A DNA stretch of 32,000 nt from Phycisphaera mikurensis NBRC 102666 (GTDB taxonomy: Bacteria > Planctomycetota > Phycisphaerae > Phycisphaerales > Phycisphaeraceae), in contig NC_017080.1 of NCBI RefSeq assembly GCF_000284115.1, positions 2,160,001 through 2,192,000 on the forward strand, read 5' to 3'. Made by a program: the position numbers and the translations under genes. Below, piece after piece: positions 8,203-17,183 of this stretch; the stretch's first letter is position 1, and the number at the start of each line of letters is the position of its first letter. Under the pieces are notes generated by a model, which had not been told where the DNA came from, searched no databases, and was given only the letters and a program-made list of their open reading frames with translations.

Positions 8203-8370
8203 TGGAGAAGTGGGGAAGCGAAGAAGCGAAGAAGCGAAGAAGCGAAGAAGCGAAGAAGTGAAGAAGCGAGGAAGCGGAGAAGCGGAGAAGCGGAGAAGTG
8301 GGGAAGTGAGGCATTGAGGATGCGAGGGGGTGGGGGGTTGGCGGGGTGAGGGAGAGAGGGAGCGGGGGTT
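8203..8370 (+). repeat. 8-bp-period purine-rich tandem array (family A, locus A1)
   Basis: 13 consecutive 8-nt units (tggagaag, tggggaag, cgaagaag x5, tgaagaag, cgaggaag, cggagaag x3, tggggaag) span 8203-8306. About 8 degenerate G-rich units follow to about 8370. The array begins directly after stop codon 8200-8202. Confidence 0.9.
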
Positions 8371-8411
8371 GGAGCGGGGGGTGCGGCTTCGGCGTGGCCT
8401 AGCGTCCGCTC

Positions 8412-9017
8412 ATGCCCGATCTCGACGACATCGCCGCCCGCTTCGCGGAAGACCGTTACCTGCTCCGCCGGAAGTTCTTTCGGATCTTCGGCGGGGGCTT
8501 CCACCTCTACGGCGAGGACGGCGAGCTGAAGCTGTACACGGAGATGAAGCGTTTCAAGCTCCGCGAGGACATCCGGCTCTACAGCGACGAGTCCATGGAG
8601 ACCGAGATCCTGAAGATCTCGACCAAGAGCATCTTCGACATCTCCGGCAGCTACGCGGTAGTAGACACCCTCTCCGGCGAGACCGTCGGCGGGCTGCGGC
8701 GCAAGGGGCTCAAGAGCTTCTTCAAGGACGAGTGGGTCATCCTCGACGAGCACGGCGAGGACCTGGGCAGCATCAAGGAGGACGGCACCTTCCGCGCCCT
8801 CGCCCGCCGGGCGCTCGATGCCGCCGCCATCCTGATGCCGCAGGGCTTCCACGTCGAGATCGGCGGCGCCCCGGTTGCGACCTTCAAGCAGCAGTTCAAC
8901 CCCTTCATCCAGAAGCTCGACCTCGACTTCACGCCCGACACGAGCGGCAGACTCGACCGGCGCTTGGGGCTGGCCGCGGCGGTGCTGATCCTGGCGATCG
9001 AGGGGAAGCAGGGGTAA
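8412..9017 (+). CDS. Scramblase/LURP-one-related (tubby C-terminal-like fold) family protein
   Basis: 201 aa. The pattern YLLRRKFFRIFGGGFHLYGEDGELKLYTEMKRFKLREDIRLYSDES...EILKI resembles LOR/scramblase family repeats. C-terminal hydrophobic tail LGLAAAVLILAI. TAGCGT (8400-8405) lies 6 nt before the ATG. Family assignment is by eye only. Confidence 0.5.
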   Translation: MPDLDDIAARFAEDRYLLRRKFFRIFGGGFHLYGEDGELKLYTEMKRFKLREDIRLYSDESMETEILKISTKSIFDISGSYAVVDTLSGETVGGLRRKGLKSFFKDEWVILDEHGEDLGSIKEDGTFRALARRALDAAAILMPQGFHVEIGGAPVATFKQQFNPFIQKLDLDFTPDTSGRLDRRLGLAAAVLILAIEGKQG

Positions 9018-9022
9018 GGATC

Positions 9023-9042
9023 GACCGCCCGCAGAGGCGGTC
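9023..9042 (+). terminator. GC-rich hairpin after the 8412-9017 gene (possible terminator, no U-tract)
   Basis: GACCGCC-cgcaga-GGCGGTC, a 7-bp stem starting 6 nt after stop 9015-9017. It is followed by cgggggtg rather than a T-run. Confidence 0.3.
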
Positions 9043-9075
9043 CGGGGGTGGCGCACGGTGCGCTAGCGTCGCGCG

Positions 9076-9870
9076 ATGAAGCCCATCTCCCACGACCCCG
9101 ACCGCGGCTTCGACGGCCGCTGGCTGGTCGCCGCCACGCTCTCGCTGTTCGTGATCGTGCCGCTGTTCGTGTGGACCTTGTTCGCGCTGGTCCGCCCCGG
9201 CGGCGTCGCGCCCACGCCCGAGCCGCTCGTGTACGCCGCGCGGGAGACGTGGCCCGCCTTCGCGGTCACCCCCGAGAGCCTGGAGCGCGAGATGATGTCG
9301 CGGGCCCGCACGAACGAGCGTTACGTCGATCTGCCCTTCGATCCGAGCGTGGAGCAGGAGCGGGCGATCGCCGAAGCGGTGGCGATGGCGGAGCGGCCCG
9401 ACTTCCTGGCGGCGGAAGGGCTCGAGCCGCGGCTCGCAGCCCTCGCCCGCGACGCCGGCTTCTACGCCGATGCCCTGCTCGCCCTGCGGGCCCAGCACCG
9501 CGGGGATGCCGCGGAGGCCGAGGCCGCCTGGGCTCGCGCCTTCCTTGCGGCTCCCGCCGCCGCCCACCAGCGCGTGCTCCGCGGCGACGGCTCCCGCGCC
9601 GCGGGGGCCGAGGTCGGCACCGTCGGCTTCACCTTCGACCGCATCACCGATGAAGACACCATCGACCCGAGCCTGCGCCTCGTGTTCCCCGGCGTCGCCG
9701 CCGACGCCAACGGCCTCTGGGTGCTGCCGATCTTCAAGTCGATCTTCCGCGTCACCGACCCCCCGGCCGCCGCTCCGGGCCGCGGCGGTCCGGACACCTA
9801 CGGCCCCGACGCCACCTTGACCTTCCCCGGCCGCGTCGGCGACCTCGGGGACCTCGTCCTGCTACGCTGA
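9076..9870 (+). CDS. Hypothetical membrane-anchored protein
   Basis: 264 aa. One N-terminal TM segment (WLVAATLSLFVIVPLFVWTLFALV). High GC3 in this frame. TAGCGT (9064-9069) lies 6 nt before the ATG. No family recognised. Confidence 0.55.
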   Translation: MKPISHDPDRGFDGRWLVAATLSLFVIVPLFVWTLFALVRPGGVAPTPEPLVYAARETWPAFAVTPESLEREMMSRARTNERYVDLPFDPSVEQERAIAEAVAMAERPDFLAAEGLEPRLAALARDAGFYADALLALRAQHRGDAAEAEAAWARAFLAAPAAAHQRVLRGDGSRAAGAEVGTVGFTFDRITDEDTIDPSLRLVFPGVAADANGLWVLPIFKSIFRVTDPPAAAPGRGGPDTYGPDATLTFPGRVGDLGDLVLLR

Positions 9871-9877
9871 CGCTCCC

Positions 9878-9960
9878 GGCCGTGTGCCCGAGTGGACCAA
9901 GGGGGCGCATTGCAAATGCGCTTGCGTCAGCAATCGTGGGTTCGAATCCCACCGCGGCCT
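9878..9960 (+). tRNA. tRNA with GCA anticodon (Cys) on a class II, long-variable-arm scaffold
   Basis: Cloverleaf: acceptor GGCCGTG/CGCGGCC (7 bp, one G-U). D-arm CCCG-AGTGGACCA-AGGG. Anticodon stem GCGCA/TGCGC with loop TTGCAAA. 14-nt variable arm TTGC-gtca-GCAA-tc. T-arm GTGGG-TTCGAAT-CCCAC. Discriminator T. No encoded CCA. Confidence 0.85.
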
Positions 9961-10149
9961 TTCATGCGACGCTCGAGCGTTCCGTCACGCTTGCCGTCAC
10001 GCTGAAGCTCGGTCGCGCCTCGCAGCGGGTGCCGCGCCGGGTGCAGCCCGGAGCGGATCCCGCGAGCGTGCCCCGGCCCCGCGCCGCCCGGGCTTCACCG
10101 CCCACGCGGCGTCTGCCGAGCCCGCCGCCGCGAGGCGACGCTCTGGTCG

Positions 10150-10788
10150 TCAAGTCCCGAAGATGCGGTCTCCCGCGTCGCCGAGGCCGGGCACGATGTA
10201 CCCGCGCCCGTCGAGCCGCTCGTCGAGCGCCGCCAGCACGAGCGGGACCTCGGGGTGCGCCTCGGTCAGCCGCTTCACACCCTCGGGCGCCGCGATGACG
10301 CCGAGGAAGGTGACGTCGCGGCACCCCCGGCCCGCCAGCAGCTCCACCGCCGCAACGGCTGATCCGCCGGTCGCCAGCATCGGGTCGCACAGCAGCACCG
10401 GGCCGTCGGCGACGTCCGGCGGGAGCTTGTCGTAGTACGTGCGCGGCTCGAGCGTCGCCTCGTCGCGTGCCATGCCCAGGTGGCCCATCCGCGCCCCCGG
10501 GATCAGCGACAGCACGCCCGGCGTCAGACCCGCCCCGGCGCGGAGGATGCAGACCACCGTCGGCGAGGCGGCGAGGCGCGTGCCGGTCGCCCCGGCGACC
10601 GGCGTCCGCACCGCCTTCTCCCGCACCCGGACCTCCCGCAACGCTTCGTAGGCCAGCAGCCGCCCGAGCTGCTCCACCACCTCGCGGAACCGCTCCACCG
10701 GCGTCCGCTCGTCGCGGAGCTCCGTCACCAGCACCCCGACGAGCGGGTGATCGAGCACGGTCACGCGGGCGGGTTCGGGATCTGGCAT
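10150..10788 (-). CDS. upp: Uracil phosphoribosyltransferase
   Basis: VLLCDPMLATGGSAVAAVELL and YIVPGLGDAGDRIFGT are Upp signatures. Start taken at ATG 10788 (MPDPEPARVTVLDHPL), preceded by GGAG 6 nt upstream. The track ORF extends to GTG 10812. Confidence 0.9.
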   Translation of the reverse strand: MPDPEPARVTVLDHPLVGVLVTELRDERTPVERFREVVEQLGRLLAYEALREVRVREKAVRTPVAGATGTRLAASPTVVCILRAGAGLTPGVLSLIPGARMGHLGMARDEATLEPRTYYDKLPPDVADGPVLLCDPMLATGGSAVAAVELLAGRGCRDVTFLGVIAAPEGVKRLTEAHPEVPLVLAALDERLDGRGYIVPGLGDAGDRIFGT

Positions 10789-10981
10789 CAGCGGCTCCGT
10801 CGGCGATCGCACGGCCGGAGGCTACCGACGCCGCGGTCTCCGGGGGCGCCGCGGACGGTGCGGCGTGCGCAGCGGAAAGGTCCGCGGTCCGCGGCGGCGG
10901 CCCGGTGCGCTCGACGCCGGGCTTGCCGGATGCCCGCCCGGCGGCGGAGCCGCCGCCCGCACGGGGCGAACCGTCGGCGCC

Positions 10982-11224
10982 TCAGAGCGTCGCGGAGGTG
11001 AAGGGCAGCAGCGACATGTGCCGCGCCCGCTTGATCGCCTGCGCCAGCAGCCGCTGCTCGCGGGCGGTGAGACCGGTCTTGCGGCGGCCCTGGATCTTGC
11101 CGTTGGGCGTCAGGTACCGGCGGAGCTCCTCGGTGTTCTTGTAGTCGCAGAACAGCGTGCCGTTGGAGGAGCGGAAGACGACCTGGGAGGGCGGGTTGGT
11201 GGTGTAGGCGGCGAAAGCGGACAT
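10982..11224 (-). CDS. rpsR: 30S ribosomal protein S18
   Basis: 80 aa. [50 protein letters not shown] matches the S18 core. It is the C-terminal part of the long spurious track ORF 10982-12118. It stands alone, not in an rpsF-ssb-rpsR-rplI context. Confidence 0.9.
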   Translation of the reverse strand: MSAFAAYTTNPPSQVVFRSSNGTLFCDYKNTEELRRYLTPNGKIQGRRKTGLTAREQRLLAQAIKRARHMSLLPFTSATL

Positions 11225-11418
11225 CAGCGGGTTTCCGTCGGGGGTTGATGTAGCCCCGGGCACGGTGCCCGGGGCGACGGGGGCGGGAGGATAACGCCCC
11301 GCCGCGGGAGGCGTCGACGGCCGGAAGCCACCACCCCGACGGCGGCGGCGCACCGATCGAGCCCGGATCCGGATCGGTCCGGAGACGTCTGCAAGCTCCA
11401 AGCCTTCTCGGGCGCGGC

Positions 11419-12447
11419 CTAGCGGAGGCCGCACGCCCGGCGGGCGTCGTCCATCACGCCGGCGAGGACCGCGTTCGCGGCGGCGGCTCCCTCGCGGAGC
11501 ACGCCGTCGACGAGCGCGTCGTCCCGGAGGATCTCCGCCCGCCGGGCCCGGGCGGGGCCGAAGTGGTCCATGACCAGTTCGAAGAGAGCCTGCTTCGCCT
11601 CGCCGTAGCCCATGCCCGCCTCTCCGCTCGCCCGGTACCGGTCCGCGAGGGCGAGCGTCCGCAGGTCGTCGGCCCCGGCGATCTGCGAGAAGATCCGGAA
11701 CACGGCCGAAGCCTCGGGGTCCTTCGCGACCGCGGGGTCCGCGGAGTCGGTTTTGATCTTCATGATCCGCTTCCGCAGCGGCTTCTCGTCCATGAAGGGG
11801 TCGATGGTGTTGCCGTAGCTCTTGCTCATCTTCTCCCCGTCGACGCCCGGCAGCGTCCCGCCGTCGGCGCGGACCAGCAGCTCGGGCACCTTGAAGACAT
11901 CGCCGTAGGTCCGGTTGAACCGCCCCGCCAGGTCGCGGGCGTACTCGACGTTCTGCGTCTGGTCCGCGCCCACCGGCACGGCGTCGGGCCGAACGCCGAG
12001 GATGTCGGCGGCCTGGAGCACCGGGTACGTGAACAAGCCCAGCGAAGGCTTCGCCCCGCGGTCGACCTTCTCCTTGTAGGCGACCGCCCGGTCCATCGCC
12101 GCCTTTGGGCACACGCACGCGAGCAGCCAGGCCAGCTCGGTGACCGCCGGCACGTCCTGCTGCAGGTAGAGGTTGATCTTCGCCGGGTCGAGCCCGAACG
12201 CGAGGTAGTCGATCACGACCCGCCGGCAGTTGGCCCGCAGCACCGCCGGATCGGCGACGCTGGTGAGGGCGTGGTAGCTCGCGACGAAGACGAACAGCTT
12301 CCGCTCGCCCGCGGCCGCGGCCTCCTGGAGCCCGAGCAGCGGCTGGATCGCCCCGCAGTAGTTGCCCAGGTGCAGCTGCCCGCTGGGCTGGAGCCCGGTG
12401 AGGATGCGCCTCCGCCCGGGCGTTACGCTCGCGGCGTCCTTACTCAA
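11419..12447 (-). CDS. trpS: Tryptophanyl-tRNA synthetase
   Basis: [16 protein letters not shown] (HIGH-type motif), [16 protein letters not shown] and KMSKS are all present. No ATG or GTG is available, so the start is taken at TTG 12447-12445 ([18 protein letters not shown]), which overlaps the upstream stop as TTGA. Confidence 0.85.
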   Translation of the reverse strand: MSKDAASVTPGRRRILTGLQPSGQLHLGNYCGAIQPLLGLQEAAAAGERKLFVFVASYHALTSVADPAVLRANCRRVVIDYLAFGLDPAKINLYLQQDVPAVTELAWLLACVCPKAAMDRAVAYKEKVDRGAKPSLGLFTYPVLQAADILGVRPDAVPVGADQTQNVEYARDLAGRFNRTYGDVFKVPELLVRADGGTLPGVDGEKMSKSYGNTIDPFMDEKPLRKRIMKIKTDSADPAVAKDPEASAVFRIFSQIAGADDLRTLALADRYRASGEAGMGYGEAKQALFELVMDHFGPARARRAEILRDDALVDGVLREGAAAANAVLAGVMDDARRACGLR

Positions 12448-14300
12448 CGGCGGCCGTCTTCCGCTCGCTCCCCGAGGAGCGCCTCGGCCGACACCGAGCC
12501 GCCGGCCGCGGGCTCGCGGAACGCGATCCCGTTGCGGTCGAGCAGCGTGCCGGTGCTGCGGTACAGCTCGCTGATCGCGACCATGTACTGCGAACGCGAC
12601 TGCGCCTCCTGCGTCTCGGCGGTCGCCAGCCGCTCCTGCGCCCGCAGCTTCTGATCGACGAAGACGGGCGTCAGCGCGTTGCCCGCGTCCTCCTGGGCCC
12701 GGATCGCGCGCAGGTTGTTCGCGGCGGCGCGGCGGGCGGCCCGCGAGGCGCCGATCCGCTGGTACTCGCTCGCGACCGCACGCAGCGCCGTCTTCACCTC
12801 CAGCACCGCGTCCTGCGCCAGGCGGCGGTAGTCCAGCGTGCTCTGCTGCCGCTCCAGCTGCCGCTGCGAGACCAGCCCCTCCGCCAGGCGGTTGCCCAGG
12901 GGGTAGGAGAAGTCGAGGCTCACCAGGTAGTCCACGAAGTCGCCCTCCGACAGGTCGTCGTAGGCGTCCTGGCCGTCCTCGACGCCCACGCCGCCGAGGC
13001 CGACCTGGGCGGAGAGGTCCAGCTGCGGGAGCAGCTGGTTGTCCGCGACGGTGAGGCGGACGCCCGCGTCCGCGATCGACAGAAGCGCCACCTGCAGCTC
13101 GGGCCGGTGCCGCAGCGAGGTGGTCACCGCGTCGAGCAGGCTGAACGCGATCGGTGCGTCGACCGGCCGGTCGAGCGGCACGATCAGCGTCTCGTCGCCC
13201 AGGCCCAGCTCGGGCGCATTGATCAGGCGCTTGAGCCGGTCGCTGGCGTTCCGCCAAGCCTCCCGCGCGTTGATGACGTCGAGGCGGCGCAGCTCGACGA
13301 AGCTGTTCGCCTCGGTCACGTCCACCGGGCTCGCGTCGAACTCCTGCCGCAGCTTCAGGCGGTCGCGTTCGGTGATCGTCCGCTCCAGCAGCTTCGCCTG
13401 GATCAGCAGACGCTGGCGGCTGAAGAGCAGCTCCCAGTAGGCGGTCTCCACCTCGTCCACGAGGTCGATGAGGGTGCCGCGGAGCCGCTCGGTCGCGGCC
13501 CGCTCGGCGTTGCGGGCCAGCACGATCTCGCTGGTGGCCACCTCGCGGCCGAAGTTCCGCAGCAGCGGCTGCTGCAGCGTCACCAGCAGGTCGGCGTCGT
13601 AGAAGGGAGAGACGCCCTGCAGCGACGGGTCGTCGTCGATGCGGGCCAGGCGCGACTCCAGGCCGAGCGTGCCGTTGGTCGCGGCCAGCCGCTTGCGGAG
13701 CCCCGCCCCCAGCAGCAGCGTCTCGCTGCGCCGGTCGCCGGAGAGGCCGGGCACGATGTCGCTGGTCACCGGCCCCGGCGTGTCGAGCTTGGTGAAGTCG
13801 ACGTCGGCGAAGATCTCGGCATCGAAAGCGGCCTCGGCCTGCTGCAGCTGCGCCGCCGTGATCGACGGGCTCAACCGGGCCGCCGCGAGATCGAGGTTCC
13901 GCTCGACCGCCAACGCGATCGCCCGCTCCAGCGGCAGCTGCACCACCGGCTCGTCGATCCGGCCCAGCAGGTCGATGCCGGCGGACACGCGGGCGTCCGC
14001 GTCGTTCTCGTAAGCGGCGAGGCCGGACATGCGGTCGAGCTCGGCGGTCCGCTCGGCGTCGAGCTCGGCCTCGACGCTGCTGGGCTCCCGCGTCACGCGG
14101 ACGATGCCGCCGCTGGCGACCTCGCCGAGCAGCTGGCGGTGCGAGAGCAGCAGCGACTCCCGCAGCGCGTCCTCCTCCTCGCGCTCCATCGGGGAGGAGC
14201 AGCCCCACAGCGCCGCGGAGGCCAGCGCCGCGGCGGCGAGCGCGGCGTTCGAGCAGCGTCGGTCGCCCGCGGGGCGGCCTGTCGTGGAGGATCTGAGCAT
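12444..14300 (-). CDS. TolC-family outer membrane efflux protein, lipoprotein type
   Basis: 618 aa. Lipobox-like AAALWGCSS. Two long repeated coiled/helical halves with OEP-type patterns (LSL..AI..AL..N.DL..A......A......A...F.P). High GC3. Confidence 0.75.
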   Translation of the reverse strand: MLRSSTTGRPAGDRRCSNAALAAAALASAALWGCSSPMEREEEDALRESLLLSHRQLLGEVASGGIVRVTREPSSVEAELDAERTAELDRMSGLAAYENDADARVSAGIDLLGRIDEPVVQLPLERAIALAVERNLDLAAARLSPSITAAQLQQAEAAFDAEIFADVDFTKLDTPGPVTSDIVPGLSGDRRSETLLLGAGLRKRLAATNGTLGLESRLARIDDDPSLQGVSPFYDADLLVTLQQPLLRNFGREVATSEIVLARNAERAATERLRGTLIDLVDEVETAYWELLFSRQRLLIQAKLLERTITERDRLKLRQEFDASPVDVTEANSFVELRRLDVINAREAWRNASDRLKRLINAPELGLGDETLIVPLDRPVDAPIAFSLLDAVTTSLRHRPELQVALLSIADAGVRLTVADNQLLPQLDLSAQVGLGGVGVEDGQDAYDDLSEGDFVDYLVSLDFSYPLGNRLAEGLVSQRQLERQQSTLDYRRLAQDAVLEVKTALRAVASEYQRIGASRAARRAAANNLRAIRAQEDAGNALTPVFVDQKLRAQERLATAETQEAQSRSQYMVAISELYRSTGTLLDRNGIAFREPAAGGSVSAEALLGERAEDGRR

Positions 14301-14308
14301 CGGTTGGG

Positions 14309-14337
14309 ACGATCCCCCGGCCCGGCCCGCGTGTCAA
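14309..14337 (-). promoter_or_regulatory. Sigma70-like promoter of the TolC-like/trpS operon
   Basis: On the minus strand: TTGACA (plus 14332-14337), a 17-nt spacer, GATCGT (plus 14309-14314), 8 nt, then ATG 14300. No Shine-Dalgarno. Confidence 0.45.
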
Positions 14338-14362
14338 ACCCGGGGGAACGGCACGCCGCTTC

Positions 14363-14395
14363 TATAGTCGCCGCCCGCGAGAATCAGACGAAGGA
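14363..14395 (+). promoter_or_regulatory. -10 element TATAGT plus Shine-Dalgarno AAGGA of the leuC-like gene
   Basis: TATAGT at 14363-14368. AAGGA at 14391-14395, 9 nt before ATG 14405. This is one of the few genes here with a clear leader and RBS. Confidence 0.45.
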
Positions 14396-14404
14396 AAGCC
14401 GAAC

Positions 14405-15850
<1,446 letters not shown>

Positions 15851-15954
15851 GCGGACGTCGCGGCCGCGCGTGGCGTACCGCCCCCCGCCGCCGCGCCCGA
15901 GCGGCGGGTCGTCGGGAACGGTGGACCGCACGCATCCCGGTGCGATCCCGGGCG

Positions 15955-16012
15955 CCCGATGCCCGAGTGCCACGCCGCTCGTGGGCTGGGGTGTCCGCGG
16001 GACACGCGGCCA
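15955..16012 (+). repeat. REP-like element, family R1 copy b
   Basis: CCGATGCCCGAGTGCCACGCCGCTCGTGGGCTGGGGTGTCCGCGGGACACGCGGCCAA is about 88% identical to the reverse complement of 833-893. It contains the GTGTCC-gcg-GGACAC hairpin. It lies between convergent stops (15850 and 16073). Confidence 0.75.
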
Positions 16013-16072
16013 ATTTCTGCCTCTGCGGAGACCGGTCCGGTCATCGGGCGGGCAAGGCCCGGCGTCCGCGCT

Positions 16073-16600
16073 TCAGAGACCCCGCGGGTCCGCGCCGATC
16101 AGCTTCCGCGTCATCGCCCGCTCGATCTCCCGCTGGCCCTCCCGCTCCTTGAGGTCGTGCCGCTTGTCGTGGGTCTTCTTGCCGACGCCCACCCCGATCT
16201 CCACCTTAATGCGGCCCTCCTTGAAGTACAGCGCCGTCGGGACCAGCGTGACACCGCGGCCGTCGGTCTCCTGCTGCAGCTTGAGGATCTCCCGCCGGTG
16301 GGCGAGCAGCTGCCGCGGCCGCTTGGGGTCGTGGTTGAAGGGCCCGGCGTGCGGGTACGGGGCGATGTCGATGCCGTGCAGCACGAAGCTGCGGCCGGTC
16401 GGATCGATGGTCGCGTAGCCGCCGGCGAGCTGCACGTGCCCGTGCCGGATCGACTTCACCTCCGAGCCCATCAGCTGGATGCCGCACTCGAGGCGGTCCG
16501 CGATCGCGTAGTCGTGCCGCGTGCGGCGGTTCTCGACGCGCGGCTCGAAGTTGTGCCGCGCGAGACGGGCTTTCGCTTTGGCGGCTTTGCTCTTGGCCAT
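16073..16600 (-). CDS. smpB: SsrA-binding protein
   Basis: 175 aa. NRRTRHDYAI....ECGIQL.GSEVKSIR, LLAHRREI.KL, TLVPTALYFKEGRIKVEIGVGVGKK.HDKR. GGAG lies 7 nt before the ATG. Confidence 0.9.
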   Translation of the reverse strand: MAKSKAAKAKARLARHNFEPRVENRRTRHDYAIADRLECGIQLMGSEVKSIRHGHVQLAGGYATIDPTGRSFVLHGIDIAPYPHAGPFNHDPKRPRQLLAHRREILKLQQETDGRGVTLVPTALYFKEGRIKVEIGVGVGKKTHDKRHDLKEREGQREIERAMTRKLIGADPRGL

Positions 16601-16749
16601 GGAAGGGCTCCGGCCTCGACGGGGCGGGCCGGGAGACTAGGTCGCGCCGGAGAGCGTCCGGGCGGCGCCCGCCGCCAGCGGCGGGATCCGCGGACCGTCG
16701 CGGTTTTGGCGCTGGAACGGCCGCGGTCCGCGGGTCCCCGCCGCCCGCC

Positions 16750-17157
16750 TCAGCGGCGCGAGGTGCCGCCGTAGGCACGCTCGTAGGCCTCGATGCCGCC
16801 GGCCATGCTCCAGGCGTCGTAACCCCGGTCGCGGAGGAACTGCGCCGCCCGGAGGCTGCGCTGCCCGAGGCGGCAGTGGACGATGATCCTGCGGTCCTTG
16901 TGGGGCGCGAGCTCCTCGACGCGCTCCTGGAGTTCCTGCAGCCGGATGACGGTGGCGTCGTCGTGGATCCGGGAGCCGGCGACCTCGTCGGGGTTGCGGA
17001 CGTCCAGCAGCAGCGGCTTGTGGGCCTCGTCGGGCACGTCGCCGCCACGCTCGCCGCCCATGACGCCGGCGAGGCCGGCGGGGGTGACCTCCCACTGGTC
17101 GTTGAGCGGGTAGCCCTCGGGCAGGCCGCGCATGTCCTCCGCGGTGCGGCCGGCCAT
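16750..17157 (-). CDS. Rhodanese-domain sulfurtransferase
   Basis: 135 aa from ATG 17157. LLLDVRNPDE, active-site loop HCRLGQRS, AWSMAGGIEAY. The track ORF's N-terminal extension overlaps the upstream gene region. Confidence 0.8.
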   Translation of the reverse strand: MAGRTAEDMRGLPEGYPLNDQWEVTPAGLAGVMGGERGGDVPDEAHKPLLLDVRNPDEVAGSRIHDDATVIRLQELQERVEELAPHKDRRIIVHCRLGQRSLRAAQFLRDRGYDAWSMAGGIEAYERAYGGTSRR

Positions 17158-17183
17158 CACGTCGTCTTCGGGGGTGGTCTCGC

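Noticed and set aside
8203-8310. Possible CRISPR array
   Set aside because: The period is 8 bp with no spacers. It is far too short for CRISPR repeats, and no cas genes are present.
7994-8317. ORF ending in ...GKRRSEEAKKRRSEEVKKRGSGEAEKRRSGEV, which looks like a charged repeat protein
   Set aside because: The repeat is simply the translation of the 8-bp DNA array (24-nt, 8-aa phase). The ORF's upstream part is out of frame within the PP2C gene. It has no start context.
9982-10003. Direct repeat CCGTCACGCT x2 (12-bp spacing) just downstream of the tRNA, considered as an integrase att site or island border
   Set aside because: No second copy of the tRNA 3' end occurs in the window, there is no integrase, and the flanking genes are housekeeping. 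It is more likely a small regulatory or chance repeat.
9051-11274. Palindromes sharing GCAC-G-GTGC: GCGCACGGTGCGC (9051-9063) and CCCCGGGCACGGTGCCCGGGG (11254-11274, upstream of rpsR), considered as a common operator
   Set aside because: There are only two instances, and a 9-mer of this composition is expected about once per window by chance. Noted but not enough to claim a regulon.
16684-16735. 10-bp inverted repeat CCGCGGACCG...CGGTCCGCGG with a 26-nt loop downstream of the rhodanese gene, considered as a terminator
   Set aside because: It is plausible as a hairpin, but it has no U-tract, a large loop, and a composition typical of background. Not distinctive enough to annotate.
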